From Macrostomum lignano (taxonomy: Eukaryota): a stretch of 40,153 nucleotides of DNA. The stretch lies in contig NIVC01001479.1 of NCBI GenBank assembly GCA_002269645.1, positions 1 to 40,153 on the forward strand, in the 5' to 3' direction. The position numbers and the translations under genes are program-made. This document shows, in pieces, positions 1 through 12,129 of the stretch (position 1 is the first letter of the stretch; each line of letters begins with the position of its first letter). The notes under the pieces were generated by a model. It was given only the letters and a program-made list of their open reading frames with translations, was not told where the DNA came from and ran no database searches.

Positions 1-390
1 TAAAGCCTTAAATCTCAGCAATTCTTCTCCCCTAAGCCTTGACATTTTAGTGATTCCTTATTTAAGAATCACAGCACCATAGCGATTCCCTCCAAGCCTT
101 GGCCATCGTAGCAATTCCCAAATGAATCTTTTAACTTTGACATAATGACTTTCTTTTATGTATACATAGTGCTTCTTTTCTTTTTACATGACTCTTCTTC
201 TATCAGCGCCCCCCCCCCGTAGCGAGCCAACAAAGAATGTAATAAAAAATTAAGTAAACTACATGTACTTTGAAGTAGCTTCTGACGTTTGCTACTTTGC
301 TTCTCTGGCATCTCAGAAACGCCTCCCCAAAATCTCAGTTATTCTCCGTGAGCCTTGACATCTTAGTAATTCTCCCCAGCACAGCACAAT
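1..390. repeat. Degenerate ~30-bp repeat (same family as 5820-7910)
   Basis: Recurring aagccttgacatctcagcaattc(t)cccc-like units. Confidence 0.6.
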
Positions 391-399
391 AGCTTCTTT

Positions 400-3300
400 T
401 AATTTTTACATGACACTTCTTTCATGTCTGACATGACGCTTCTTTTATTCTTCCATGACGCTTCTATGATTTCTCAAATGACACTTCCATTAGTTTTTAT
501 ATGAGGCTTCTATGATCTTTGATGACGCTTCTATGATTGTTTACATGACGCTTCTATGATTGTTTGCATGACGCTTTTATGATTTTTACATGACGCTTCT
601 ATAATTGTTTGCATGACGCTTCTATGATTTTTACATGACGATTCTATGATTGTTTACATGACGCTTCTATGATTGTTTACATGACGCTTCTATGATTTTT
701 ACATGACACTTCTATGATTGTTTACATGACGCTTCTATGATTTTTACATGACGCTTCTATGATTGCTACAAGACGCTTCTATGATTGTTTACATGACGCT
801 TCTATGATTTTTACATGACGCTTCTATGATTGCTACAAGACGCTTCTATGATTTTTTGCATGACGCTTCTATGATTTTTTCATGTCGCTTCTATGATTTT
901 TACATGACGCTTCTATGATTGTTTACAAGACGCTTCTATAATTTTTACATGACGCTTCTATGATTTTTACATGACGCTTCTACGATTTTTTACATGACGC
1001 TTCTATGATTGTTTACATGACGCTTCTATGATTTTTACATGACGCTTCTATGATTGTTTATATGACGCTTCTATGATTTTTACATGACGCTTCTATGATT
1101 GTTTACATGACGCTTCTATGATTGTTTACATGACGCTTCTATGATTTTTACATGACGCTTCTATGATTTTTTTCATGACGCTTCTATGATTTTTACATGA
1201 CGCTTCTACGATTGTTTGCCTGACGCTTCTATGATTGTTTGCATGACGCTTCTATGATTGTTTACATGACGCTTCTATGATTTTTACATGACGCTTCTAT
1301 GATTGTTTACATGACGCTTCTATGATTGTTTATATGACGCTTCTTTGATTTTTACATGACGCTTCTATGATTGTTTACATGACGCTTCTATGATTTTTAC
1401 ATGACGCTTCTATGATTGTTTACATGACGCTTCTATGATTGTTTACATGACGCTTCTATGATTTTTTAAAAGACGCTTCTATGATTTTTACATGACGCTT
1501 CTATGATTTTTACATGACGCTTCTATGATTTTTTACATGACGCTTTTATTATTTTTACATGACGCTTCTATGATTTTTTCATGACGCTTTATGATTGTTT
1601 ACATGACGCTTCTATGATTGTTTACATGACGCTTCTATGATTGTTTACATGACGCTTCAGTGATTGTTTACATGACGCTTCTATGATTTTTTACATGACG
1701 CTTCTATGATTGTTTACATGACGCTTCTATGATTGTTTACATGACGCTTCAGTGATTGTTTACATGACGCTTCTATGATTTTTTTACATGACGCTTCTAT
1801 GATTGTTTACATGACGCTTCTATGATTGTTTACATGACGCTTCTATGATTGTTTACATGACGCTTCTATGATTTTTACATGACGCTTCTATGATTTTTTA
1901 CATGACGCTTCTATGATTGTTTACATGACGCTTCTATGATTGTTTACATGACGCTTCAGTGATGTTTACATGACGCTTCTATGATTTTTACATGACGCTT
2001 CTATGATTGTTTACATGACGCTTCTATGATTTTTACATGACGCTTCTATGATTGTTTACATGACGCTTCTATGATTGTTTACATGACGCTTCATGATTGT
2101 TTACATGACGCTTCTATGATTTTTTACATGACGCTTCTATGATTGTTTACATGACGCTTCTATGATTTTTTACATGACGCTTCTATGATTGTTTACATGA
2201 CGCTTCTATGATTGTTTATATGACGCTTCTATGATTTTTTTAAAGACGCTTCTATGATTGTTTATATGACGCTTCTATGATTGTTTACATGACGCTTCTA
2301 TGATTTTTACATGACGCTTCTATGATTGTTTACATGACGCTTCTATGATTGTTTACATGACGCTTCAGTGATTGTTTACATGACGCTTCTATGATTTTTT
2401 ACATGACGCTTCTATGATTGTTTACATGACGCTTCTATGATTTTTTACATGACGCTTCTATGATTGTTTACATGACGCTTCTATGATTGTTTATATGACG
2501 CTTCTATGATTTCTTTAAAAGACGCTTCTATGATTGTTTACATGACGCTTCTATGATTGTTTATATGACGCTTTTATGATTGTTTACATGACGCTTCTAT
2601 GATTGTTTACATGACGCTTCTATGATTGTTTACATGACGCTTCTATGATTTTTTACATGACGCTTTTATGATTGTTTACATGACGCTTCTATGATTGTTT
2701 ATATGACGCTTCTATGATTTTTTAAAGACGCTTCTATGATTGTTTACATGACGCTTCTATGATTTTTTACATGACGCTTCTATGATTGTTTACATGACGC
2801 TTCTATGATTGTTTACATGACGCTTCATGATTGTTTACATGACGCTTCTATGATTGTTTATATGACGCTTCTATGATTTTTCATGACGCTTTTATGATTT
2901 TTACATGACGCTTTTATGATTGTTTACATGACGCTTCTATGATTTTTTACATGACGCTTCTATGATTGTTTACATGACGCTTCTATGATTTTTTACATGA
3001 CGCTTCTATGATTGTTTACATGACGCTTCTATGATTGTTTATATGACGCTTCTATGATTTTTTCATGACGCTTTATGATTTTTACATGACGCTTTATGAT
3101 TGTTTACATGACGCTTCTATGATTGTTTACATGACTCTTCTATGATTGTTTACATGACGCTTCATGATTGTTTACATGACGCTTCTATGATTTTTACATG
3201 ACGCTTCTATGATTGTTTACATGACGCTTCTATGATTGTTTACATGACGCTTCAGTGATTGTTTACATGACGCTTCTATGATTTTTTACATGACGCTTCT

Positions 3301-4715
3301 ATGATTGTTTACATGACGCTTCTATGATTTTTTACATGACGCTTCAGTGATTGTTTATATGACGCTTCGATGATTTTTTACATGACGCTTCTATGATTGT
3401 TTACATGACGCTTCTATGATTGTTTACATGACGCTTCTATGATTGTTTATATGACGCTTCTATGATTTTTCATGACGCTTTATGATTTTTACATGACGCT
3501 TTATGATTGTTTACATGACGCTTCTATGATTGTTTACATGACGCTTCAGTGATTGTTTACATGACGCTTCTATGATTTTTACATGACGCTTCTATGATTG
3601 TTTACATGACGCTTCTATGATTGTTTACATGACGCTTCATGATTGTTTACATGACGCTTCTATGATTTTTTACATGACGCTTCTATGATTGTTTACATGA
3701 CGCTTCTATGATTTTTACATGACGCTTCTATGATTGTTTACATGACGCTTCTATGATTGTTTACATGACGCTTCTATGATTTTTTACATGACGCTTCTAT
3801 GATTGTTTACATGACGCTTCTATGATTGTTTATATGACGCTTCTATGATTTTTTAAGACGCTTCTATGATTGTTTATATGACGCTTCTATGATTTTTTAA
3901 TGACGCTTCTATGATTTTTACATGACGCTTCTATGATTTTTACATGACGCTTTTATGATTGTTTACATGACGCTTCATGATTGTTTATATGACGCTTCTA
4001 TGATTTTTTACATGACGCTTCTATGATTGTTTACATGACGCTTCTATGATTTTTTACATGACGCTTCTATGATTTTTATATGACGCTTTTACATTTTTTT
4101 AATGCGCTTCTATGATTTTTTACATGACGCTTGAATAATTGTTTACATGACGCTTCTATGATTTTTTTAAGACGCTTCTACGATTTTTTACATGACGCTT
4201 CTATGATTTTTTACATGACGCTTCTATGATTTTTATATGACGCTTCTACGATTTTTTTCATGGCGCTTCTATGATTTTTTACATGACGCTTGAATAATTG
4301 TTTACATGACGCTTCTATGATGACGCTTCTATGATTTTTAATGACGCTTCTACGATTTTTTACATGACGCTTCTATGATTGTTTACATGACGCTTCTATG
4401 ATTGTTTACATGACGCTTCTATGATTGTTTACATGACGCTTCTATGATTGTTTACATGACGCTTCTATGATTGTTTACATGACGCTTCTATGATTTTTAA
4501 ATGACGCTTCTATGATTGTTTACATGACGCTTCTATGATTGTTTACATGACGCTTCTATGATTTTTTACATGACGCTTCTATGATTGTTTACATGACGCT
4601 TCTATGATTTTTTAAAAGACGCTTCTATGATTTTTACATGACGCTTTATGATTGTTTACATGACGCTTCTATGATTTTTACATGACGCTTCTATGATTTT
4701 TACATGACGCTTCTT
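400..4715. repeat. 22/23-bp minisatellite (ATGACGCTTCTATGATTGTTTAC / ATGACGCTTCTATGATTTTTAC), about 4.3 kb
   Basis: Directly visible tandem array of about 185 units with degenerate ends. Confidence 0.98.
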
Positions 4716-4899
4716 TTTAAAAAGTCTTTTAGTTTTCCTGACGTTGAAAAGCTTTAATTAAAAAAATATACTCTATGAAAATTCGAACCACCGTCGCTGC
4801 ATTTAGCAGTTCAGTTTGTTCACCTCTAGGCTAGCTCTCATCGTTTTGATAACATCAAATTTTGCACTTATATAATTCAACACTTTAAAATCCAAGCAT

Positions 4900-5323
4900 A
4901 GAGTAAATCACACGAAGCAGTTATGACATAATCAGTTTCTCAGTCAGTCAGTATCAGTTAACAATTATGGTTACGCAATTTAAATCAAGTCTGTGCTACG
5001 CTTCCACACTGCATTTTCAATTCAAGTCGGAGTTACAATTCAGTTATGATGCAATCTATTTCAGAATCAGAATTCAACCAGTCAGTTTTTTCTCTAGCAT
5101 TCTTACAATGCATTTCAAGTCGAAAAGTTTGCTTGACCTTTGCAAAAAAGCATGTTTTTCGAATATTTAATGCCTTTAGCATCGAGCAATTTCTTAGCCA
5201 CGATGCATGTACCGTCACGGGAAAATTTCTGATCGAACAGTGCAAGTCTCATAAAAATCGGTTAAGCCATTTTTTCTCTAATCGATTACAAGCAAGCAAG
5301 ATTTTCATTTTTAGTATATTGGA
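4900..5323 (-). mobile_element. Non-autonomous Helitron-like fragment with a 5' terminus
   Basis: Minus strand begins TCCAATATACTAAAAATGAAAATCTTGCTTGCTTG...GGCTTAACCGATTTTTATGAGAC, the layout typical of metazoan non-autonomous Helitron 5' ends. About 4900-5190 is clearly similar to about 10712-10985. Confidence 0.5.
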
Positions 5324-5819
5324 ACTAGCCATTTAGCCCCCGCTGGGGAGCCCTAAAATGACACCAATTGGTTTTTTTTTGACACAAGAGTAACCTTACT
5401 ATATAATTATCCAAAATGTTGATTTCCATTAATCAAAAATTACCTTTTCTCATTTTGGCAAAAATAAATTGCCATGAATCAGAACTTTCATCAGCCAAAA
5501 AAAGTTTCCTTCATCAGCCCAAAACCCTTTCTCAATCAGCAAATAGTGCTATCCTTTCAAGCACAAACTCTTAGTGCATATCGTCGCTGGCCGGGGCATA
5601 TTCTTATCCGCAGCAAATATGCAAATCATTGACGGCCTTAGACCCTCTCTTTTAATTAGCCTAAATCAAAGAATGAAACCTTTAATAAATGCGCTGGTAT
5701 TTCCTATTAGCAGAAATCAGCATCACTTGTGTGTACTATTTCAATATCTGAACTACATGAGCTACTTCAGCCGTACTACCTGACTATCTGACAATCGCCC
5801 AACAACCTAACACCCCCAA

Positions 5820-7910
5820 CAATTCAGCCATCATCCATGAGCCTTGTCATCTTAGCAATTCCCCCAGTAAGCCTTGAAATCTCAGCAATTCCCCAAGTAA
5901 GCCTTGACAAGAATTGCTAAGAATTGCTAAGAATACTTAGCTAACAATTGCTAATACTTGCTAAGAATTGCTGAGAAGCCTCGAGATCTCAGCAATTCCC
6001 CCAGTAAGCATTGACATCTCAGCGATTCTCCCAGTAAGCCTTGAAATCTTAGCAATTCCCCCAGAAAGAATTCACATCTTAGCAATTGCCGCAGTAAGCC
6101 TTGAAATCGCTGCAATTCCCCCAGTAAGCCTTAACATCTCAGCAATTCCCCCAATAAGCCTTGACATCTGAGGAATTCCCCCAGTAAGCCTTGAAATCTA
6201 AGCATTTCCCCAGTAAGCCTTGAAATCTCAGCATTCCCCCTAAAAGCCTTCACATTTTAGCAATTCCCAGTAAGACTTGACACCTTAGCAATTCCCAGTA
6301 AGACTTGACATCTCAGCAGTTCCCCCATTAAGCATCGACATCGCAGCAATTAAACTCGAGCCTTGACATCTACGCAGTTCTCTCAGCTGAGTAAGCCTTG
6401 ACATCCCAACAACCCAACTCCCCTCCCCCAAGAATTCAGCAATCCCCTTATGAGCCTTGATATCTCTGCAATTTCTTCATAAGCCTTGTCAACTCAGCGA
6501 TTCCATTCATGAGCTTTGATATCTTAGCAACTCCCATCTTAGCAAGTCTTTAGTTGATGGTTAACAGAGTGGTTATTCTATGATTGAACCAAAACTGACC
6601 CTAAGCCCCTAACCCTAACCCATAAGTGAGTCTTGGCATGTTAGCAATCTCCCCCGTGAGCCTTAAGCCTGAGCATTTAAGTAACTTCCTCATAAGCTTT
6701 GAAATCTAAATTTCACCGAAAGCCTTGAACTGTCAGCAATTCCCGAAGAGCCAAAGCATATAACTAATTCGCCCCTTTAATCTTTGAAATTCCTTGATGA
6801 ATCATTTATGATTGACACGACGATCGCTCTTGATTAAACTCAAATCCTAACCCTTAACCTGCAGCCGAGTCACAGCATTTCAGCAACTCCCCCTCTCAGC
6901 CCAAGAATTTCAGAAATTCCCCAATGAGCTTTTGAAATCTTAGCAATTTTCCCATGAGCATGGAACTTTAGCGACTAACCTTTTGATATCTTGGCACTTT
7001 CACATGAGTCTTATGGTTGAAAACTAACCCTGCCAAGTCACAGCATTTCAGCAATTCCCACCGTAAACCACAGCATTTCAACAAATACCCAATGAACCTT
7101 GACATTTCGTGAATTTCAGCTATTCGCTTTAGGAGCCTTTGAAATCTCAGTCATTCCCCCGTGAACCTTAGCATCTCAGCAATACCCAAGAGTCACAGCC
7201 TACAGCATTACAGGGATCCCCCGTGAGCTTTGAAATCTCAGCTATTCCCCAATGAGCCTTGATATCTCAGCAACTCCTATTTGAGCCACAAAATTTCGGC
7301 ATTATGAGCAGGTACTGCAATCACAACAATCCCCCTGAGCATTGAGCCACATTATAATTCGGATATCCCCCACGAGCCTTTACAACTTAGCAATTCCCCA
7401 ATGAGTATTTAATGTTAGACAGGCCTATTCATTTATATGGTTTACGTCTTACTCTTACCCTAACAATGTCGGCAATTCCCTCAAGAGCCACAGCATTCCA
7501 GAAATTATTTCCATGAGCCTTGACAGTAAATAATGAGCCTTGATACCTCAGAAATTTCTCAAATGAAATTTAAAATCAAAGCAATTCTGCCCAGAATCAC
7601 ATCAGTATAGGAATTTCCCTCTGAGACTTGACAAGACATCTCAGAATTTCTCTCATGGGCCTTGATCTGGCCCATGGCCCAGTAAGCCTTGAAATCTCAA
7701 TAATTCCCCAGTAAGCCTTGACATCTCAGAAATTCCCTCATTAAGATCGACATCGCAGCAATTGAACTTAAGCTTTGAAATCAAAGCAATTCTCCCAGAA
7801 TCACATCATTATAGCAATTACCGCTGAGCCTTGAGATCTTAGAAATTCTCCCATGAGTCTTGATATCACAGAAATTTTCCATACCAGCCTTGACATCTTA
7901 GCAATTCACA
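5820..7910. repeat. Degenerate ~30-bp tandem/interspersed repeat (AAGCCTTGACATCTCAGCAATTCCCCCAGT) with short CCCTAA tracts
   Basis: Cleanest units at about 5980-6250, decaying on both sides. CCCTAA-like runs near 6600-6620, 6845-6860 and 7455. Confidence 0.8.
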
Positions 7911-8027
7911 TTGAGTATTTTATTCTCGACAGACCGCTTCTTTTATGGTTGACATGATGATTCTTTTGTCGCTTTTTCTTGTGTTGAGTTTTCTTCTGTT
8001 TAAAGTAGCATTTATTAAAAACTTACA

Positions 8028-8170
8028 GTGGTTTACCATCACTTTAGCAATGGTTTACCATCACTTTAGCGATGGTTCACCAGCAGTTTAGCAATGGTTC
8101 ACCAGCAGTTTAGCAATGGTTCACCAGCAGTTAAGCAATGATTCACCAGCAGTTTAGCAATGGTTCACCG
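8028..8170. repeat. 22-bp minisatellite (TGGTTCACCAGCAGTTTAGCAA), about 6 copies
   Basis: Directly visible. Confidence 0.9.
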
Positions 8171-8501
8171 GCACTGTTCCGCAAAATCTGGGAGCAGATG
8201 GCTACTGATCTCCATATGCTTCTCAATAATCGAAACCATTTGAAATGTTTGCAACTTGCAGTTTAAAATTTATTTGCAATTCTCTTGCATATTTATTAAT
8301 TCATTGTACGTCAGATTAGCACTGCTCACCCAGATTAGACCCTTTGCAAATTAGTACTTACAGCAGATTAGCACTGCTCTAGAAGACTAACGCAGCCCCA
8401 GCAAAAGTATCTTTAAATTTAAGTGTTTAACATCTCCATGAATCTGCATAGGATGCAATCATTATTGTCACAGGTCACAAAGATAAATTCGCTGCTTCAA
8501 T

Positions 8502-8580
8502 GCAGGCTCGAACTGCTGACATCAAAGCATTCTGTTTGCTTCTGCTTGATACTGCCTGCCTACTGCGGCTATTGTGCCTA
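8502..8580 (-). mobile_element. tRNA-derived SINE-like head, diverged copy
   Basis: Minus strand has A-box-like TAGCCGCAGTAGG and B-box GTTCGAGCC. It shares TAGCCGCA with the heads at 9533-9606 and 10136-10212. Confidence 0.4.
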
Positions 8581-9532
8581 TTGACATGTGGTAGAAATAA
8601 TCTAGTTTAGCAACTTCAGCCGTTTGAAGTTAACCCCGGAAATCGGCATTTATCCCCACAACAACCTGAAATTATCCCTTCATCTAATCCCGCAAAAAGA
8701 CTGCAGTTATTTCTTAGCAGCCGGCATTTATCATCCACTTTGCATTTTAAAACTTTTATTAAAATTAAGAATGCATACCCTCAGCGGCATAGAATTGTCC
8801 CCTTAGCCAAAAATATTTCACTTAGCAGCCGCAGAAATCCCCTAAACAACTTGTACTTAATCTTCCACAGTAAATATCCACTCAAAACTCAATAGTTAGT
8901 TATAAGCCTCAGAAGTCTGCCATTATCCTCTAATTAGTCCGCAGTTTTCCCTCTCAGCAGTCTGCAGCTATACGCTCATACGTCTGGAGGAACTACCTCA
9001 GCAGTTTGCAGTTGTTTCCCCTTTGCAATCTGCAATGATCCCTTCGACAGTCTGCAGTTCCCCTCAGCAGTCTGCAGTCATTTCATTTTCAGTCTACAAC
9101 TGTACCATTAATGATTTTCATTCATTCTCTCAGCAGCCTGCAGTTCTCCTCTCGGCCGGCTCCTCAGTCTCCTCTGCAAACTGCAATTTTCTCAGCATTT
9201 TACGGCTCACTAATAAATTTTCGATACATATCGGCAGTTTTGAAAAGCTCAGAATTTAGCAATACCTTCAGCAGTTTTTTTCAGAATCGTCTGCAGTTTA
9301 GCAATTTCATACTTTCATGGAGCTAGGCAATATACCCATTGATGGGATCAGTACGCTAGTAATACATGTACTTGAAGCAGTTTCTACAAATCAAATTTGC
9401 TTATCGACTTGTGCCAAACAGCAAAAATACATGTAGTTCATTAAGTGTGCCTTGTTAATTAAGCATAAAAGTTTCAATTAGTCGAAGCACAAGCTAAAAT
9501 AAATAATTAGTTCAATTTTAATTGTCCGCTGC

Positions 9533-9606
9533 GAGGTAGACTCGAACCTGGGACCTTACGCCTATCCTAAAACTGGTCCTAGTGCCTACAGTGCGGCTAC
9601 TCCGCC
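9533..9606 (-). mobile_element. tRNA-derived SINE-like head, copy 1
   Basis: Minus strand GGCGGAGTAGCCGCACTGTAGGC...CCAGGTTCGAGTC has pol III A and B boxes. T and acceptor stems do not pair, so it is not a functional tRNA. Confidence 0.5.
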
Positions 9607-10135
9607 TATTGATTGGAGGGCGACAAAATCAGCCATATATGCTTTGGCACTGCAGTGAAATACACAGCAGTGATAGGCTGCTTAGTGCACGGGTTGTATG
9701 CAGGCAGAGCCAATGCGCATTTAAGTGAAATCTATAAATTAGATTTAAGTCTGGAGGAACTAATTCACAGTCTGCAGTTCTTCTGTGGCCGGCACCTCAG
9801 TCCCTCAGAAAACTGCAATTTGCTCAGAATTGTACGGCTCACTAATCAATTTTCGATACATATCGGCAGTCTTGAAAAGCTCAGCATTTAGCAGCATTGT
9901 CTGCAGTTTAGTAATTTCGTACTTTTATGGAGCTAGACAATACCCATTGATCGGATCAGTTATACTCGAAGCAGTTTTTACAAATCAAATTTGATTAGTG
10001 GCTAGTGCCGAGTAGCAAAAAATGAATTGCTAATTAATAAAAAAATGTTTCAATTGAAATTAAATAAAAAATGTTTCAATTAGTCCAGGCACAAGCTATA
10101 AATTATTGAATTATTTGAATTTTTATTATCCTCCG

Positions 10136-10212
10136 GGGAGGCAGACTCGAACCTTGGACCTTACGTCTAGCCTAAACCTAGTCCTAAGTGCCTACACTGC
10201 GGCTACTCCGCC
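10136..10212 (-). mobile_element. tRNA-derived SINE-like head, copy 2
   Basis: Minus strand GGCGGAGTAGCCGCAGTGTAGGC...AAGGTTCGAGTC has A and B boxes. Confidence 0.5.
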
Positions 10213-10544
10213 TATTGATGGGAGGACAACAAAATCAGCCATATATGCTTCAGAACTGCAGTTAAAATACATAGCAGTGATAGGCTGCTCAGTGTGTAGG
10301 CGTGCAGGCGGAGCCAATGCACAGTTGATTGAGTGAAATCTATAAATAGCAATTTTCTATGGAGTCCGCCAGTCAGAGCCAGGGTCAGAATGTACACACG
10401 CAGCCACTGAGCATTTTTTCTCCTTGCACACTGCAACCCCAGTATTGAAGCTTACACAGTGGAGAGAGAAAAGTTATGGCTCTATTGGAATTCAGCCGGT
10501 CAAGAAGTCAACCTTGTTTGCCCTCCCATTAAAAGCATTGGGAA

Positions 10545-11132
10545 AACTCGTTTTTCGAATATTTAATACCTTTATCATTAAAGCCGATTAAAGAAATTTT
10601 AACTGTCTTCTTTCCAGATAATTACAAATCTTTTGGCAAAAACGCGATTAAAATTGGTCAATCGGTTCGATCTCTAGAACGTTACACGAATACTAACACA
10701 AATTCTCTTCGAGTGAAAGTCACACAAAGCAGCGCTATGACATAATCAAATACTCAGACAGTCAGCATCAGTCTCAATTAAAGTTAGCAATATGGTTACG
10801 CAATTTCTGTCTTTCAACTTGGCACAGTGTTTTCAACTTGTTGTGATGTAATCTTTATCAAAATCAGAATTCAGTCAGTCGGTTTTTTTTTAGCATTTTT
10901 ACAGCTCATTTCAAGCCAAAAGAGCTGCTTGACCTTTGCAAAAAAGCATGTTTTTCGAATATTTAATCCCTTTAGCATTGAAGCAGATACAAGAAATTTT
11001 AACCATACAATCCCAGGCTGATTACAAATCTTTTGGCGAAAACGCGATCAAAATTGGTCAAGAATTGCAATCTCTAGAGCGTTATGGACATTCATTCAAA
11101 CATACAAACCTTAGAGATTTAGTATATTTAGA
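10545..11132 (-). mobile_element. Non-autonomous Helitron-like element(s) with an internal partial duplication
   Basis: Minus strand A|TCTAAATATACTAAATCTCTAAGGTTTGTATGTTTG...TTGACCAATTTTGATCGCG is a TC start after A. 10545-10700 repeats about 10950-11095, and 10712-10985 matches 4900-5190. Confidence 0.5.
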
Positions 11133-11429
11133 TTGTATCAACCTTAAAACTATAATGCCTATACATTTTTTCCACTGCAAATAATAACTCTTCGCCATAC
11201 CCGATGTGCATTCAACTTCCTTAAAAGCGAGAAAAACTTCGCATCAAATCAGGCTAAAGTAAGGAATCGAATTGGTGTTCTGAAATAAATTAAACATTAC
11301 AGTCTAGTTGTTTGTTACAGTGAAACAAATATTTTTTGTAAATTATAAAGGCAAAAGGTGTCAAGCAAAACACAAAAAATAAGACGCACTTGAAAATAGA
11401 AAATCAAACTGGCCATTAAAATACCAATT

Positions 11430-11946
11430 GGGGTAGCTATAGGAGTAGCCATGGGGTAGCTAAAGCCATGGGGGTAGCCATGGGGCTAGCTAGGGAGTAG
11501 CTAAGGGGTAGCCATGGGAGTAGCTAGGGGGTAGCTAAAAGGGTAGCCATAGGGGTAGCTAGGGGGTAGCCATAGAGTAGCTCTGGGGACGGGGTAGCTA
11601 AGGGGTAGCTATTGGAGTAGCCATGGGGTAGCTAAGGAGTAGCCATGGGGCTAGCTAGGGGGTAGCCTTGGGGTAGCTAAAAGGGTAGCCATAGGGGTAG
11701 CTAGGGGGTAGCCATAGAGTAGCTTTGGGGGTGGGGTAGCTAAGGGGTGGCTAAGGGGTAGCTATAGGAGTAGCCATGGGGTAGCTAAGGGTAGCCATGG
11801 GGCTAGCTAGGGGGTAGCCTTGGGGTAGCTATGGGGGTAGCTATAAGGGTAGCCATAGGGGTAGCTAAGGGGTAGCTAAAGGGGTAGCCATGGGGTAGCA
11901 AAGGGGTAGCCATGGAGTAGCTATGGGGGTAGCTATATGGAGTAGT
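11430..11946. repeat. G-rich 10-11-bp repeat (GGGGTAGCTA / GGAGTAGCCAT)
   Basis: Directly visible, with runs of GGGG and palindromic TAGCTA/CCATGG. Confidence 0.92.
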
Positions 11947-12129
11947 TATGGGGCTTATTATGGTACAGTGCATATACGCTAGTTGCATGGAATTGCATTG
12001 GCTATATTTGTTGCAGCGGCACTGTACATGTTGTTCTAGGTAAGACCTTAGACCTAAGCTTTGGTTACACAAGTACATGTACTTACTGGATCTTAAAGTA
12101 CATTACAATTAGCTACAAAAGTACACATG

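Larger units (their letters stand above)
9120..10370. repeat. Diverged ~630-bp tandem duplication (about 9120-9770 and 9770-10370)
   Basis: Collinear blocks occur twice, e.g. tacggctcactaat..tttcgatacatatcggcagt (about 9200, 9835), gactcgaacc.ggaccttacg (about 9540, 10145) and gtgaaatctataaat (about 9725, 10335). Confidence 0.85.

Noticed and set aside
9533-10212. Functional tRNA genes
   Set aside because: A and B boxes are present, but the acceptor and T stems do not pair and the anticodon arm is oversized.
4967-11184. Short ORFs (60-96 aa) in the AT-rich 4.9-11.2 kb region
   Set aside because: They fall in repeat or Helitron-like sequence, mostly use non-ATG starts, and show no domain similarity.
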